The notes: generated by a model not told the origin, from the letters alone. A stretch of 64,000 nucleotides of DNA from Candidatus Kaiserbacteria bacterium RIFCSPHIGHO2_01_FULL_46_22 (GCA_001779595.1 MFKO01000008.1:86869-150868), one strand, 5' to 3'; counted from the stretch's first letter, positions 47,083 to 57,376 are shown. Made by a program: numbers and translations.

Positions 47083-49469
47083 AAAATAAAAACAGCGACA
47101 AAAAAACTCTCGTTCTCCTAGACGCGCACGCCATTTTGCACCGCGCCTATCACGCTTTGCCTGAATTTACTTCGCCAAGTGGTGAACCAACCGGAGCACT
47201 TTTTGGAATGGTCTCTATTCTCATTAAGATCGTGGAAGACTTGAAGCCGGATTTTATGGTGGCTTGTTACGATCTTCCAGAACCAACCTATCGACATCAT
47301 GCGTTCGACGGTTATAAAGCAAAACGAGCCAAGACCGACGATTCGCTCATTGATCAAATTGAGCGTTCACGCGATCTCCTCAAGGTTCTTAATATTCCGA
47401 TTTATGAACATCCGGGTTTCGAAGCCGATGACATGCTGGGCACGATAGTGAAAAAACTGGAGAAGGAAAAAGACCTGAACATCATCATCGCTTCGGGTGA
47501 TATGGACACGTTGCAGTTGGTAGAAGGAGAGCGAGTGCGTGTGTTTACACAGCGCAAAGGTGCTGAAGTGGTTATGTTCGACGAGAAGGCGGTGGTACAA
47601 AAGTTTGGTTTCGCACCGATCCTTACTATCGATTTCAAAGGTTTGCGCGGCGACGCTTCGGATAATATTCCCGGAGTGCCAGGAGTGGGCGAGGGAAGTG
47701 CGCTTAAGCTGGTCGGGATGTTCGGCACGATCGAAAAGATTTTCGCTGCAATCAAAAAACATGGTGTCGAGGAGATAGCCAAACGTTCGGGAGTACAGAA
47801 ACGCTTTGTGGAAAAAGTCGCTGCTCACGAGGAAGAGGCTCAGTTTTCTAAAATGCTGGCCACAATCCGCACCGATGCCCCAATAGATTTTGCGCTACAC
47901 GAGCAACCTTGGCGTGACGGAGTAGACACCAATGCGGCCTTGTCACTGATGAGTGAACTTGGTTTTCGTTCACCGACTGCTCGTTTCAAACAACTTATGA
48001 ACATACAAGACTATGTTCCTCAGACTGGCGAAATTTCGCAGTCCGAAATGGCTGAGGCAGCAGTTATGTTGTGGCTCCTTGAAAGCGATCGTACTAACCC
48101 GACGTATGAAGATATCGTTGACTACGGACGATCGTTTTTTGCCACCACGGTTTGGACAGAAATAGTAAAGAAACTCGAATACGCACTCAAAGAACAAGGG
48201 TTATGGAAAGTGTTTACAGAGATTGATCGGCCGCTTTTGCCAGTTATAGATAGAATGAACGCGACTGGTATTGTTCTGGATGTTGATTACCTGAAGAAAC
48301 TTTCTGAATCATTTCATAGTGAATTAACGGTTCTTGAGAAGAATATCTACGAGTTAGCTGGCCAGGAGTTCAACATCAACTCGCCTAAACAGTTGGGTGC
48401 AATTGTTTACGATAAGCTCGGCCTGTCACCGGCCCGCGCCAAAAAAACTGCAGGCGGCGCTCGTTCGACCCGCGAAAGTGAGTTGTCACAGATGCTCGAC
48501 AGCCATCCAATCATTAGTGAGATATTGCGCTATCGAGAGCTGACCAAGTTGGTCTCGACCTATGTCGATAGTTTGCCTAAGGCAGTGGGGGAGGATGGCC
48601 GGCTACGTACCACTTTTTTACCTACTGGCACAGTGACCGGACGTATCGGTTCTCGTGATCCAAATCTGCAAAATATCCCGATTCGTACGGAAGAAGGTCA
48701 GAAGGTCAGAAATGCTTTTGTTGCGTCACCAGGTTACAAATTGGTTTCGATCGATTATTCGCAAATCGAACTTCGTCTCGCCGCGATGCTTTCTGGCGAT
48801 GAGAGATTAATTGATATCTTCAAGCGCGGAGAAGACGTTCACCGTGGTGTGGCGGTCAGAGTATTCGGTGTGGCGCCTGACGAGGTCACTCCCGACCAGC
48901 GTCGAGCAGCCAAAGTAATCAACTTCGGCATTCTCTACGGTATGGGAGTGAATGCATTGCGACAAAATTTGGGCGAAGGCACGACGCGTGAAGCGGCACA
49001 AGAATTTCTCAATGCTTATTTCAATACCTTCACTCGTTTGGCGGAATACCTAGAAGAGACCAAGAGTTTTGCCAGAAAACACGGTTATACAGAAACAATG
49101 TTTGGTCGGCGCCGGCATTTCCCAGGCATCACTTCAAGTGCGCCGATGATTCGCGCCAGTGCTGAGCGAATGGCCATTAATGCACCGATTCAAGGTACTG
49201 AAGGAGATTTGCTTCGTCTCGCTCTTTTAGCACTCGATCAGTACATATCTGAAAACAAGCTTAACGACGATGTTCGTATGTTGCTTCAAGTTCATGACGA
49301 ACTAGTGTTCGAGATCAAGGAAGACAAGGTTGAAAAAATTGTTCCGGAGTTGGCAAGAATTATGAGTAGTGTACTTAACGAGAAAGACACCAAAGATGTA
49401 CCGGTTAGTGTCGAAGCAAAGTTAGGTGACAATTGGACAGAAATGGAAAAATTTAAACTTTCCAATTAA
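47079..49469 (+). CDS. polA: DNA polymerase I (5'-3' exonuclease + polymerase; 3'-5' exonuclease region reduced)
   Basis: LLDAHAILHRAYHA, EADD, GDASDNIPGVPG; PNLQNIP, DYSQIELR, AKVINFGILYG and QVHDEL motifs. Confidence 0.96.
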   Translation: MKNKNSDKKTLVLLDAHAILHRAYHALPEFTSPSGEPTGALFGMVSILIKIVEDLKPDFMVACYDLPEPTYRHHAFDGYKAKRAKTDDSLIDQIERSRDLLKVLNIPIYEHPGFEADDMLGTIVKKLEKEKDLNIIIASGDMDTLQLVEGERVRVFTQRKGAEVVMFDEKAVVQKFGFAPILTIDFKGLRGDASDNIPGVPGVGEGSALKLVGMFGTIEKIFAAIKKHGVEEIAKRSGVQKRFVEKVAAHEEEAQFSKMLATIRTDAPIDFALHEQPWRDGVDTNAALSLMSELGFRSPTARFKQLMNIQDYVPQTGEISQSEMAEAAVMLWLLESDRTNPTYEDIVDYGRSFFATTVWTEIVKKLEYALKEQGLWKVFTEIDRPLLPVIDRMNATGIVLDVDYLKKLSESFHSELTVLEKNIYELAGQEFNINSPKQLGAIVYDKLGLSPARAKKTAGGARSTRESELSQMLDSHPIISEILRYRELTKLVSTYVDSLPKAVGEDGRLRTTFLPTGTVTGRIGSRDPNLQNIPIRTEEGQKVRNAFVASPGYKLVSIDYSQIELRLAAMLSGDERLIDIFKRGEDVHRGVAVRVFGVAPDEVTPDQRRAAKVINFGILYGMGVNALRQNLGEGTTREAAQEFLNAYFNTFTRLAEYLEETKSFARKHGYTETMFGRRRHFPGITSSAPMIRASAERMAINAPIQGTEGDLLRLALLALDQYISENKLNDDVRMLLQVHDELVFEIKEDKVEKIVPELARIMSSVLNEKDTKDVPVSVEAKLGDNWTEMEKFKLSN

Positions 49470-49475
49470 AGTTTT

Positions 49476-50174
49476 ATGTTACGAATATTTTTTGGCAATG
49501 ATCAAATTAAAGTGAGACAGCGAGCAGTGGCGCTTGTGGAGCAGTTTCGCGAAGAGGGCTTGTTGGTTGAGACAATCGACAGTGATAACTACGATTCCGG
49601 GGAGGTGTTGGAGGCAGCACAGAAAGCGTCACTTTTTGGTGGACAGATTATCTACCTCGTTGATACACCGTCAGCCGATCAAGATCTGAATGCAGAAGTG
49701 ATTAACAACTTCGAGGCATTAGCAAATTCTCCACACACCTTCGTGGTAATTGAAGGGCCGTTACTGGTTGACGAAAAAAAACGGTGGGGCAAATACGCTG
49801 AGATTGAAGAAATTAAAAGCGCTGCAACTCCACGTTTTAACACCTTTGCTCTAGCTGACGCATTAGCCAGGCGTGATCGTAAGTCACTCTGGTTAATTTG
49901 GAATGAGGCGCGTTTGTCCGGCATCGCACCGGAGGAACTGGTGGGTATTTTGTGGTGGCAGTTTAAGTCTTTGCGTTTGGCTGCTTTAACTAACAGCGCT
50001 GAGGAAGCTGGAATGAAAGACTATCCGTACCAAAAAGCCAAGCGCGCCCTTATAAAATTTAAGACGGAAGAAGCAGAAACGTTGTCGCATTCGCTACTTG
50101 ATACCTATCACCAAAGTCGCTTAGGCGGACTGGATTTGGATTTAGCAGTAGAACGTTGGCTGCTTAGAGTTTAA
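49476..50174 (+). CDS. holA: DNA polymerase III delta subunit-like protein
   Basis: SLFGG motif and the C-terminal FALADAL...ILWWQF...YPYQKA pattern of HolA. Confidence 0.75.
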   Translation: MLRIFFGNDQIKVRQRAVALVEQFREEGLLVETIDSDNYDSGEVLEAAQKASLFGGQIIYLVDTPSADQDLNAEVINNFEALANSPHTFVVIEGPLLVDEKKRWGKYAEIEEIKSAATPRFNTFALADALARRDRKSLWLIWNEARLSGIAPEELVGILWWQFKSLRLAALTNSAEEAGMKDYPYQKAKRALIKFKTEEAETLSHSLLDTYHQSRLGGLDLDLAVERWLLRV

Positions 50175-50218
50175 TCACATTTGAAAAATGCACTAGACGC
50201 GGGTATAGTGTGCCAATC

Positions 50219-50291
50219 CCGCCTATAGCTCAGCCGGTAGAGCAGCTCCCTTTTAAGGAGAAGGTCCCAGGTTCGATCCCTGGTGGGCGGA
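50219..50291 (+). tRNA. tRNA-Lys(TTT), CCA not encoded
   Basis: CCGCCTA/TGGGCGG acceptor, TAGCTCAG..GGTAGAGC D-arm, ctTTTaa anticodon loop and GGTTCGATCC T-arm. Confidence 0.93.
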
Positions 50292-50540
50292 CTGAAAAAC
50301 AAAAAGCCAAACACGCGAGTGTTTGGCTTTTATGTTTTTCCCGCCCACCAGGGATCGAAGACCTTTTGAGATATTTCTGGAGCTTGCGAACAAAAATATC
50401 CAAAAGGTGTACTGATCCTGTAAGGATCGATCCCTGTTATTAAGCTGATACTGCCCTGTAAGGGAGATACCCTGGTGGGTGGGTCGAATTTGAGATGCAG
50501 TTGCTCGTACAAATTTATGCTAGTATCCCCGGATCAACTT

Positions 50541-51002
50541 ATGCACAAAATAGTCATCCTAGATAACATTCGCAGTGCCCATAACGTCGGTTCCATTTTT
50601 CGCACTGCCGACGGGGCAGGGGCAGAGAAGATTTATTTGCTTGGGTACACGCCGGCGCCACGTGATCGCTTTGGACGCGTGTCTGCCGAGATCGCCAAGA
50701 CCTCACTTGGTGCGAGTGAGACTATTCCGTGGGAGTGTGTAAATACAGAAGACGCAACAACTTTGTTGACGCGTCTTAAGGCCGATGGTTTTGAAGTGGT
50801 AGCGATCGAACAAACTTCGGAGTCAATCTCTCTGCAAAATTTTGTGCCTCAACCAAAAGTTGCTTATATTTTTGGTAACGAGATCGACGGTGTCAGTGCG
50901 AACCTTATTAAGGAAGCCGATATAGTTGTGGAGATTCCCATGCTTGGAATGAAGGAGTCACTCAACGTTTCTGTTTCAGCAGGCATTGTCTTGTTTCACT
51001 AA
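50541..51002 (+). CDS. TrmH/SpoU family RNA methyltransferase
   Basis: LDNIRSAHNVGSIFRTAD, FGNEIDGV and IPMLGMKESLNVSV motifs. Confidence 0.93.
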   Translation: MHKIVILDNIRSAHNVGSIFRTADGAGAEKIYLLGYTPAPRDRFGRVSAEIAKTSLGASETIPWECVNTEDATTLLTRLKADGFEVVAIEQTSESISLQNFVPQPKVAYIFGNEIDGVSANLIKEADIVVEIPMLGMKESLNVSVSAGIVLFH

Positions 51003-51021
51003 GAAGTCGTTAGTATCAATT

Positions 51022-51062
51022 GTAAACGGCCGCCGGAAGCTTTGCTTCCGGCGGCCGTTTAC
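51022..51062. terminator. Bidirectional terminator
   Basis: 19-bp stem gtaaacggccgccggaagc/gcttccggcggccgtttac. Confidence 0.75.
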
Positions 51063-51072
51063 GTTTCAATTA

Positions 51073-54000
51073 TTACTGTACCGTCACCTCCACCACTCTT
51101 TCATCCACACCAAACTCATTATTTCTCTGTCCACCACACTCCACTCTATAAGAAGCAGTCCGTTCCGGTACATTGAATCCTTCACTCTCAGTATCACCCT
51201 TAAGCATAGCTTTATCCTTCCTGGTTAAAGCATAGTTACCAGCGTCTTGTAGGAAAGGTAGACATTGTTGATAAGCACTGCCGTCCCAGCGGAAGTAGAG
51301 GGAGACACTGGAAGAAATGTTAATCGAAGTAGCTGCTGACCAGTCACTCAATATCTTTCCGTCAGCGCCAACCGCTTTTACTTCTAGAACAACGTCGTTC
51401 GAAACGTTTGGCACAAACACCGTGTCCTCAGGTACATCTTCCGGAAGACCTTCAGTTGATGTTGAGATGACCTCGGTTTCGGTTGTTACATTGAGGGTCT
51501 CTATGCCGGCATCAAAGGTGATAGCTTCTGTGCGGAAGTAGGTTTTATCCGCCAAAGTTTCGTAACTGGCGCCAGTTATACCGAAGTCTGTTGCTAGGTT
51601 GTTTGCAGTTTCACTCACTAGAGTAGGGGCGTCACCTTCGCCGCAAAGAGCGGAGGTGATAGTAGTTACTTTATTTTGATCCGTTCGGTCATTCAGTACA
51701 GCTATGAACACGTATCCATCCGAATAACCGCCTATTAATGGACAAGGCACTGGTGCGTTCGGATAAATATAGACTGATTCAACGTCATCTACACTAAGGC
51801 CGGTAGGGTAGGTTGGTAGATCAATAATAGTGCCGAGAGGACCGTCCCCGGTTCTTTCAGGTGAAAAAGGACTGATAAATGTAGCGACAGTATTTTTAAT
51901 ACCATCTACCAAGCGGCCTACCAGTCCTTGGTCAGCTGGATCTCTAGGTAAGTTCGTGGAGGTACTAACCAATCCGATCACGTCGCCGAAGAATCCAACA
52001 CCTCCGAACTTTTCCTGCATGTACGACACAGAAGTATATTGTGGCACCAGTACGGTACGAATCGTTCCGTCTTTCAAGGTGATCAGGTAGTCGTAATATT
52101 CGTCGCTCGCCACTTCCGAATCAGGGTCTACCAAATCGTAAGTAATAGTCGCAACATCCACTACTGTGAATGTCGAAGAGTCGGTAAATATTCCGCGGGT
52201 CATTCCCGTTAGAATATTTTCCGGCAAAGAAGCATCGTTGTTTTCTAGTTGTACTTTGTTGCCGTTTGCGTCTATATACTCCACTACATAGGTGTAGATT
52301 GCGTCCGTGGCGGAATCTATAACGACTCCGTTTTCTACCAGTGGGGAATAGAGCCCATTGGAGTAGACAATGTTGCCGTCATCTCCAAAGAGTAAGGCCG
52401 GTTCTTCAAACATTTCCAATACACCGTCCAATTCATCGCCGGCGTAGCTGTCTTTATCAGCTACCGCCTCGTCTATGAGATCGTGTCGAGCCAAAGTGAT
52501 TTCTTTATTCTTGGCGTCTACCACTATTGTTACTTCAGCGTATTCAGGGAAGGAGGTGAGGTCTTCTGGCTCGATGACTGGAGTTTCTTGGTCAATACCA
52601 ATTATTTTTTCCACCAGTATCTCTAGGTTGCGAAGGACTGCCACATTGGTCATAACTAAACCAACGGTGGCGCCTTGTGTTTCAGGACAAGGATCTTCTA
52701 GAGTTGGTCGGCAAGTTTGCTGTTCACCATCGCCGTCGTCTTTTGGAGGAGTTCCTGTAGGTAAGTCACTAACCTTTACGTGTTTGGCTAAAATGGATAC
52801 CAGAATCGCCAAAGGCATAGGCAAAACAGTCGATAGGGTAGAGGAGATAGCTGCATCGGCCATCAGTGACGCAACTTGATCGCTCACATCAATGCCTAGA
52901 TTTTTAAGGCCAGTCTGAATCGCTTCTTTGGTCTTTGCGTGCACTGTTTCGGCATCGTTACCGTTGTCACCGTCTGTGTCTGAATCGCTGTCATTGTCGT
53001 CACCGTCGTTATTATTGTCGCGTTCGTCTTCAGTGTCGTTGCTGTCGTCAGAATTCGTATCGTCTCTTCCTGTGCCGTCATCGTTGTTGTTGTTAGCGCC
53101 GTCTTCCTCATCATCCCCGTCAGTGTTAGAAGGGGAATAGTTGTCTAACTCGTCTTTATTAAAAGTCTTAGCTTCTTCTAGACCATCTGCCAATGCGTCT
53201 TTGACCCAGCCAGGAGCATTAGCAGATTCACCACCCGCTCCCCAAGCGGACACGCTTCCACCACCTAGGTGCATGGTGTATGGACCCATGTAACCATTAC
53301 CAGCTCCGATGCCAGTAACGCCAGCCCGAACCGCTGCCTGCATAAACTCTTTCATTTTGGCTTGGTCCTCCGCATTGTTCATATTTAGTTTATGACCGTT
53401 CTCATCAACCAAATAGCCGTCAGCAGCATTTCCGTGATCGTGTCTATTAGATCCGGTACGCTCACTTAATTTGGCAAGTCCTTGTCGGATGTCGGCTTTT
53501 GACGCTTGTCCGCCAGAAGTAACGACAAATGTTAAGCCGGTTACTTTAGAAGCGTAAGCCAATTGTTTCTCTAGGGTCCCAGTAATATCCCGCTTGCGGT
53601 GTTTGGCAGTGGTGTCTTGTTTTTGAACAACCAGATCGCTGGTATCGCTACTTACTTTTTCGGCATCATCTGAGTAAGTAGGGGCGGTTTTGTTTGCAGC
53701 ATCCTCCAAGTTAGCTTTCAATAAATTTTCGGTTGGCGTCAACGTAGAGATTTTGAAGTCGTTTACATTCTCAATCGGCGTCTTTGTCAGAAGATTGGCG
53801 GACCGAGCAGTAGTATTTTCCACGCTTTCTTTTTCTGGATTGATTTCACTTTTTATGTAACCGATTGTGGTTTTGTTGTATTGACCAACTTCAACTGAGG
53901 CCGACAGGTCGTCAGCCCAGTCTATGCTGTCTTCAGCAAAGCTGGCGTAGAAGTGATTAGCCTTGATCGCTGGTGCCGCTACAGACAACCCTCTTTCTTT

Positions 54001-55968
54001 TGCAATGGTGCCGTCAGTCAACTTTTCGGTCAGCGCGGACAAAGCTTCGCGGCTATCTTCCTTGGACATTTCAGTAAACGCTTTTTCATCTACAGTGACT
54101 GAGGACAGGTAGTTCGGATGGGCTATTTGTTGTGCGATTGAACGATTAGTACGAGATGCTTCACCGGCTATGGCGTTTAACATTCCTGCCGCTTCGGATA
54201 TGTCCTCATCAGATAGAGTTTTAAAGCTGGGGTCGTTCTTGTAAGCAGACACGATGTTGGCCCTGGTCTTCGCGTCAATTTCATAAGCTATGGCGAGAGC
54301 AGTGATGGTTTTTGAATCGTTCAATTCAAACCCAGCTTTTTCTGCCTTCTCTTTCAAAGAGTCCGGCGCATCACCGATGTCTGTCTTACCGGTTGCTAGA
54401 TCTGTGGAAGGTGTGGACTGAATTGTTTGGGTGCTTTTAAATTTGCCGAGATCAGCTTTTGTGAAGCTACTAGCTTTGCCTGGTAGGGAAGGGTTACCGG
54501 CGTTTGGTATTTCGTTCCCGGTCGTACCGTCGTAACTTTTTTTGTTGCCCGTTTTTGTATTCAAAACCGAAACGGTATTGGTTTTGGTATTTATTGAAAC
54601 AGCCGAATGTGGCTCAGCTTCTTTAGCGATTCTGTCCACTGTTGTCGAGTTCGGAACGCTTTTCGCATCTACTGTCTTTCCATCTTGTGCGCCGGTGAAA
54701 CTTTTCGTCTTAGGATCGTAAGAATAGGAATTGTTTTGAGTCTTCGTTTCGGTTGTTTCAGTAGAGTCGTTAGAATCATCCGCACCTTGCTTGTTATTCA
54801 TCATGTCGGAATAGCTCGGTACATCATTAGGAGTCTTCGCTGTCGCAGTTTCCTTGCTATCGTCTTCGCTACCGGCAGTATCACTTTTAGTATCAGCCTT
54901 GTCAGTCGTACCGTTACCGGCAGTGGTGCCGGTTTTGGTTCCTTCTACTGCGACATTGTGATAATTGGCCGCATCGGGACCAAAAGAGCTAGTTTTTTTA
55001 TCCTCGTAGGTTTTTTCATAGCCACTTATCTTTGCGTCCAGTTCCGCCGCTGACAAAGTTTTGTCGTCATAAGCAGCGTTGATTTGCTGGCCCAATTCTG
55101 TGCCAAGCTTGGTGAGCTCGGCTACCTTAGCCTGATTTACTGGAGTGTTGGCTACAGTCATGGTCTTAGTGTGGATGGCAATCTCGGCAGTTTCTTCCGT
55201 ACCCGCGTAAGCTCCTTTAATACCGATTACTTCTGTTGCCGCATAGGCCGCTGCATTAAGAGCTGCCTTAGTATTATTGACTGCGTTGATGCCCATATTG
55301 CTGAAGACGTTCGCAATGTTGCTGGCAGGTACCGTGCTTTGAGTGAGTCCGGTACTCAGATTGTTCACCACGGACTTAGTCACTGACGCCGCGATCTCGG
55401 CCCTGACCACATCTGCCGCTGGACCGATCGCACCGGTCAGGTTGCCAACTACTTCTCCTGGGGCAACACTCCCGTCTTGATATCCAGCATGAGTCGCTGC
55501 GTTATCGACGGTGTCTCCTCCACCAATTAGCGCTGCGTCACTAATCGCATCCGCCGCCGCGGCCCCAGCACTCAAACTCTGCACCGTCCCGTCACTCATA
55601 GCCACCTGATCATTATCAATGGTGCCACTCATACGAGCGTCCGCCGTCGCATTAACATCCACATCCCCAGTCATACCGTAACCAGCAGCGGTTTCCGCAT
55701 CAGCCGCTGCCTGATTAGTCGCTTCAGCATCAGCTCCACCAGCACCCGGTCCAGGACCACTCTCACTCGGTGAGTCACCAGTACTGCCACCAGCGTAGCC
55801 GCTTTCTCCACTACCCATACCAGGTCCAGGACCACTCTCGCTCGGAGAATCACCGCTAGCTTCACTGCCATCTGTTTCTCCTTCCTGAGCAATGGCTAAG
55901 CTTGGAGTGATGAGAGAGGTGATGAGGAGGAGGGCGGTGAGGCTATATAGAGTTGTGAAGCGATGCAT
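51073..55968 (-). CDS. Large (1631 aa) secreted/surface protein with putative SleB-like and M15-like peptidoglycan hydrolase domains
   Basis: Signal peptide; GDSPSESGPGPG x2; ALAIAYE...ANHFYA...WAD; VVTSGGQ...RHDHGNAAD...GVTGIG...MHLG; Asp/Asn-rich linker. Confidence 0.8.
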   Translation of the reverse strand: MHRFTTLYSLTALLLITSLITPSLAIAQEGETDGSEASGDSPSESGPGPGMGSGESGYAGGSTGDSPSESGPGPGAGGADAEATNQAAADAETAAGYGMTGDVDVNATADARMSGTIDNDQVAMSDGTVQSLSAGAAAADAISDAALIGGGDTVDNAATHAGYQDGSVAPGEVVGNLTGAIGPAADVVRAEIAASVTKSVVNNLSTGLTQSTVPASNIANVFSNMGINAVNNTKAALNAAAYAATEVIGIKGAYAGTEETAEIAIHTKTMTVANTPVNQAKVAELTKLGTELGQQINAAYDDKTLSAAELDAKISGYEKTYEDKKTSSFGPDAANYHNVAVEGTKTGTTAGNGTTDKADTKSDTAGSEDDSKETATAKTPNDVPSYSDMMNNKQGADDSNDSTETTETKTQNNSYSYDPKTKSFTGAQDGKTVDAKSVPNSTTVDRIAKEAEPHSAVSINTKTNTVSVLNTKTGNKKSYDGTTGNEIPNAGNPSLPGKASSFTKADLGKFKSTQTIQSTPSTDLATGKTDIGDAPDSLKEKAEKAGFELNDSKTITALAIAYEIDAKTRANIVSAYKNDPSFKTLSDEDISEAAGMLNAIAGEASRTNRSIAQQIAHPNYLSSVTVDEKAFTEMSKEDSREALSALTEKLTDGTIAKERGLSVAAPAIKANHFYASFAEDSIDWADDLSASVEVGQYNKTTIGYIKSEINPEKESVENTTARSANLLTKTPIENVNDFKISTLTPTENLLKANLEDAANKTAPTYSDDAEKVSSDTSDLVVQKQDTTAKHRKRDITGTLEKQLAYASKVTGLTFVVTSGGQASKADIRQGLAKLSERTGSNRHDHGNAADGYLVDENGHKLNMNNAEDQAKMKEFMQAAVRAGVTGIGAGNGYMGPYTMHLGGGSVSAWGAGGESANAPGWVKDALADGLEEAKTFNKDELDNYSPSNTDGDDEEDGANNNNDDGTGRDDTNSDDSNDTEDERDNNNDGDDNDSDSDTDGDNGNDAETVHAKTKEAIQTGLKNLGIDVSDQVASLMADAAISSTLSTVLPMPLAILVSILAKHVKVSDLPTGTPPKDDGDGEQQTCRPTLEDPCPETQGATVGLVMTNVAVLRNLEILVEKIIGIDQETPVIEPEDLTSFPEYAEVTIVVDAKNKEITLARHDLIDEAVADKDSYAGDELDGVLEMFEEPALLFGDDGNIVYSNGLYSPLVENGVVIDSATDAIYTYVVEYIDANGNKVQLENNDASLPENILTGMTRGIFTDSSTFTVVDVATITYDLVDPDSEVASDEYYDYLITLKDGTIRTVLVPQYTSVSYMQEKFGGVGFFGDVIGLVSTSTNLPRDPADQGLVGRLVDGIKNTVATFISPFSPERTGDGPLGTIIDLPTYPTGLSVDDVESVYIYPNAPVPCPLIGGYSDGYVFIAVLNDRTDQNKVTTITSALCGEGDAPTLVSETANNLATDFGITGASYETLADKTYFRTEAITFDAGIETLNVTTETEVISTSTEGLPEDVPEDTVFVPNVSNDVVLEVKAVGADGKILSDWSAATSINISSSVSLYFRWDGSAYQQCLPFLQDAGNYALTRKDKAMLKGDTESEGFNVPERTASYRVECGGQRNNEFGVDERVVEVTVQ

Positions 55969-56134
55969 AAAGAACGGTTGGATAATTTAATTAATGTTTT
56001 CATTATAAGCCCCGCCTCTAGACTAAATTGCGGCTTATTCACTCATTAGACACAGAGGAGGTTCTATAGTGGACAAAAGTAGTGTTTTGTGGTATACTAA
56101 AAACAGTCAAATCAACTCAACTGGAGTAAGTAGG

Positions 56135-56872
56135 ATGTCGATCTTTGTCAAAGTTGCAGCACTGCTGCTCGTCGTAATTTCGGTGTTGGTCTCTAGCAAC
56201 AGAGCTATGGCCTCTGAAGGTATCAATCCACTCGGGATCGGACCTCGGACGGATATCGTGAATCTGACGAGCCGTAATAATGACAAGCTGAAAGAGGTGC
56301 AGAAAGCTTTCTACGACAGGGGTTTCGATGTCACGGTAAGTGGCAAACTCGGTAGAGAGACTATAAATGCCTTCGTTCAGCTACAACGTGCATTGAAAGA
56401 ACCCATTACTGGTCGCTTAACTAGCGGACAGTGGAAAAAGTTGTTGGCGGAATCTCCGCCAACAAGTTGGGGGGCACTAGCTGTGTCTACGGATGGCACT
56501 CATGCTGAGGCCCATAGTCAACAAACTCGAGCATTGGCTGAACAGATAGCGCTTCGGAACTGCCTATCCAAGACGAAGTCAGACTGCTGGGTTCGGTCTG
56601 CACCAAACTACTACTGGATAGTTTCCGGTTGGTGCAGGCTTGGTAATCGAACGACTGTATTCCTTCGGATAGATGGTATTAGTTCTGACAAGGCCTTTGC
56701 CAAAGCCAATAAGGCGGCTATCAAGGATGGCTTTGATCCGTATAACGGCAAAGACTGCTTTCAGGCAGTGGCTGTCCACGCAATGTTCGGTTACGAACAT
56801 ACCCTCACCGAGAGGGAAGGGTTCGAAGTCGAACATCAAGCCGACGGACAGCTCGTGGACGTACCAAACTGA
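56135..56872 (+). CDS. Secreted protein with peptidoglycan-binding and DUF4189-like domains
   Basis: Signal peptide; VQKAF..RGF..VSGKLGRET..AF..LQ....ITG PG-binding pattern; WGALAVS...AEQIALRNC...C. Confidence 0.72.
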   Translation: MSIFVKVAALLLVVISVLVSSNRAMASEGINPLGIGPRTDIVNLTSRNNDKLKEVQKAFYDRGFDVTVSGKLGRETINAFVQLQRALKEPITGRLTSGQWKKLLAESPPTSWGALAVSTDGTHAEAHSQQTRALAEQIALRNCLSKTKSDCWVRSAPNYYWIVSGWCRLGNRTTVFLRIDGISSDKAFAKANKAAIKDGFDPYNGKDCFQAVAVHAMFGYEHTLTEREGFEVEHQADGQLVDVPN

Positions 56873-56987
56873 AGAAATTGAGGCCGGAGCGTTATACGCA
56901 CCGGCCTTTGCTTTTTTCGTCAAAGTGTGGTATTGTAATAGTGCTGTGTCGCACTGGGGCGGCATGGTAAACAAAAGGAAGAGTCCA

Positions 56988-57188
56988 ATGACAATGATAC
57001 TCCTCGCGATTGCACTTCTGGGCCAGCTCTCCAGCACGCAAGAGACGACGTCTCTCCAGTGCTTTGATCTGGATGAAAACCAGCGAGTGTGTATCGGGGA
57101 AGAGGAAACACTGTCGGCCTCCGAGCCGGTGGATAAGTTTCCCATCATCAAAGAAGAGGTAGAGAAGATAACTTATCGTTACATCTAG
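56988..57188 (+). CDS. Small secreted acidic peptide with two Cys (66 aa)
   Basis: AGGAAG upstream; hydrophobic MTMILLAIALLG N-terminus; GC hairpin at ~57211-57236 after the stop. Confidence 0.5.
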   Translation: MTMILLAIALLGQLSSTQETTSLQCFDLDENQRVCIGEEETLSASEPVDKFPIIKEEVEKITYRYI

Positions 57189-57276
57189 TAGCGAAAAAGA
57201 GTCATCTCGGGTGCGGGGCGGCAAGCCGCCCCGCACACCCTCTTGCCATATTTCAGCAATGGTGTATGGTAAACGT

Positions 57277-57376
57277 AGGTCTTGGACAACCTTTTGTTTC
57301 AACCCCAGTACGATCCGCCGTGATCGTCTATACAGCCGGAGCGCATCACCCCCAGTGGTTGCCTCCGGTTTTTTTT
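57277..57376 (+). ncRNA. Candidate ~100-nt small RNA
   Basis: TTGCCA-N16-TATGGT promoter (57243-57270), internal acgatc/gatcgt hairpin, and terminator gccggag...ctccggt plus T8. No ATG-started ORF. Confidence 0.4.

Noticed and set aside
47079-49469. Short PolA as a pseudogene
   Set aside because: The frame is intact with all polymerase motifs; reduction of the proofreading domain is common.
55745-55860. Internal repeat encoding GDSPSESGPGPG twice
   Set aside because: An ordinary low-complexity intragenic duplication. No reverse transcriptase is present to suggest a diversity-generating retroelement.
56005-56040. 'cggcttat' resembling the 3' end of RNase P RNA
   Set aside because: The intergenic space is too short and the 5' conserved motifs are absent.
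56579-57302. Minus-strand ORFs of 190 and 136 aa, and the 5' extension of the 171-aa plus ORF
   Set aside because: They overlap better-supported plus-strand genes and cross terminator hairpins; the real small gene more likely starts at ATG 56988.
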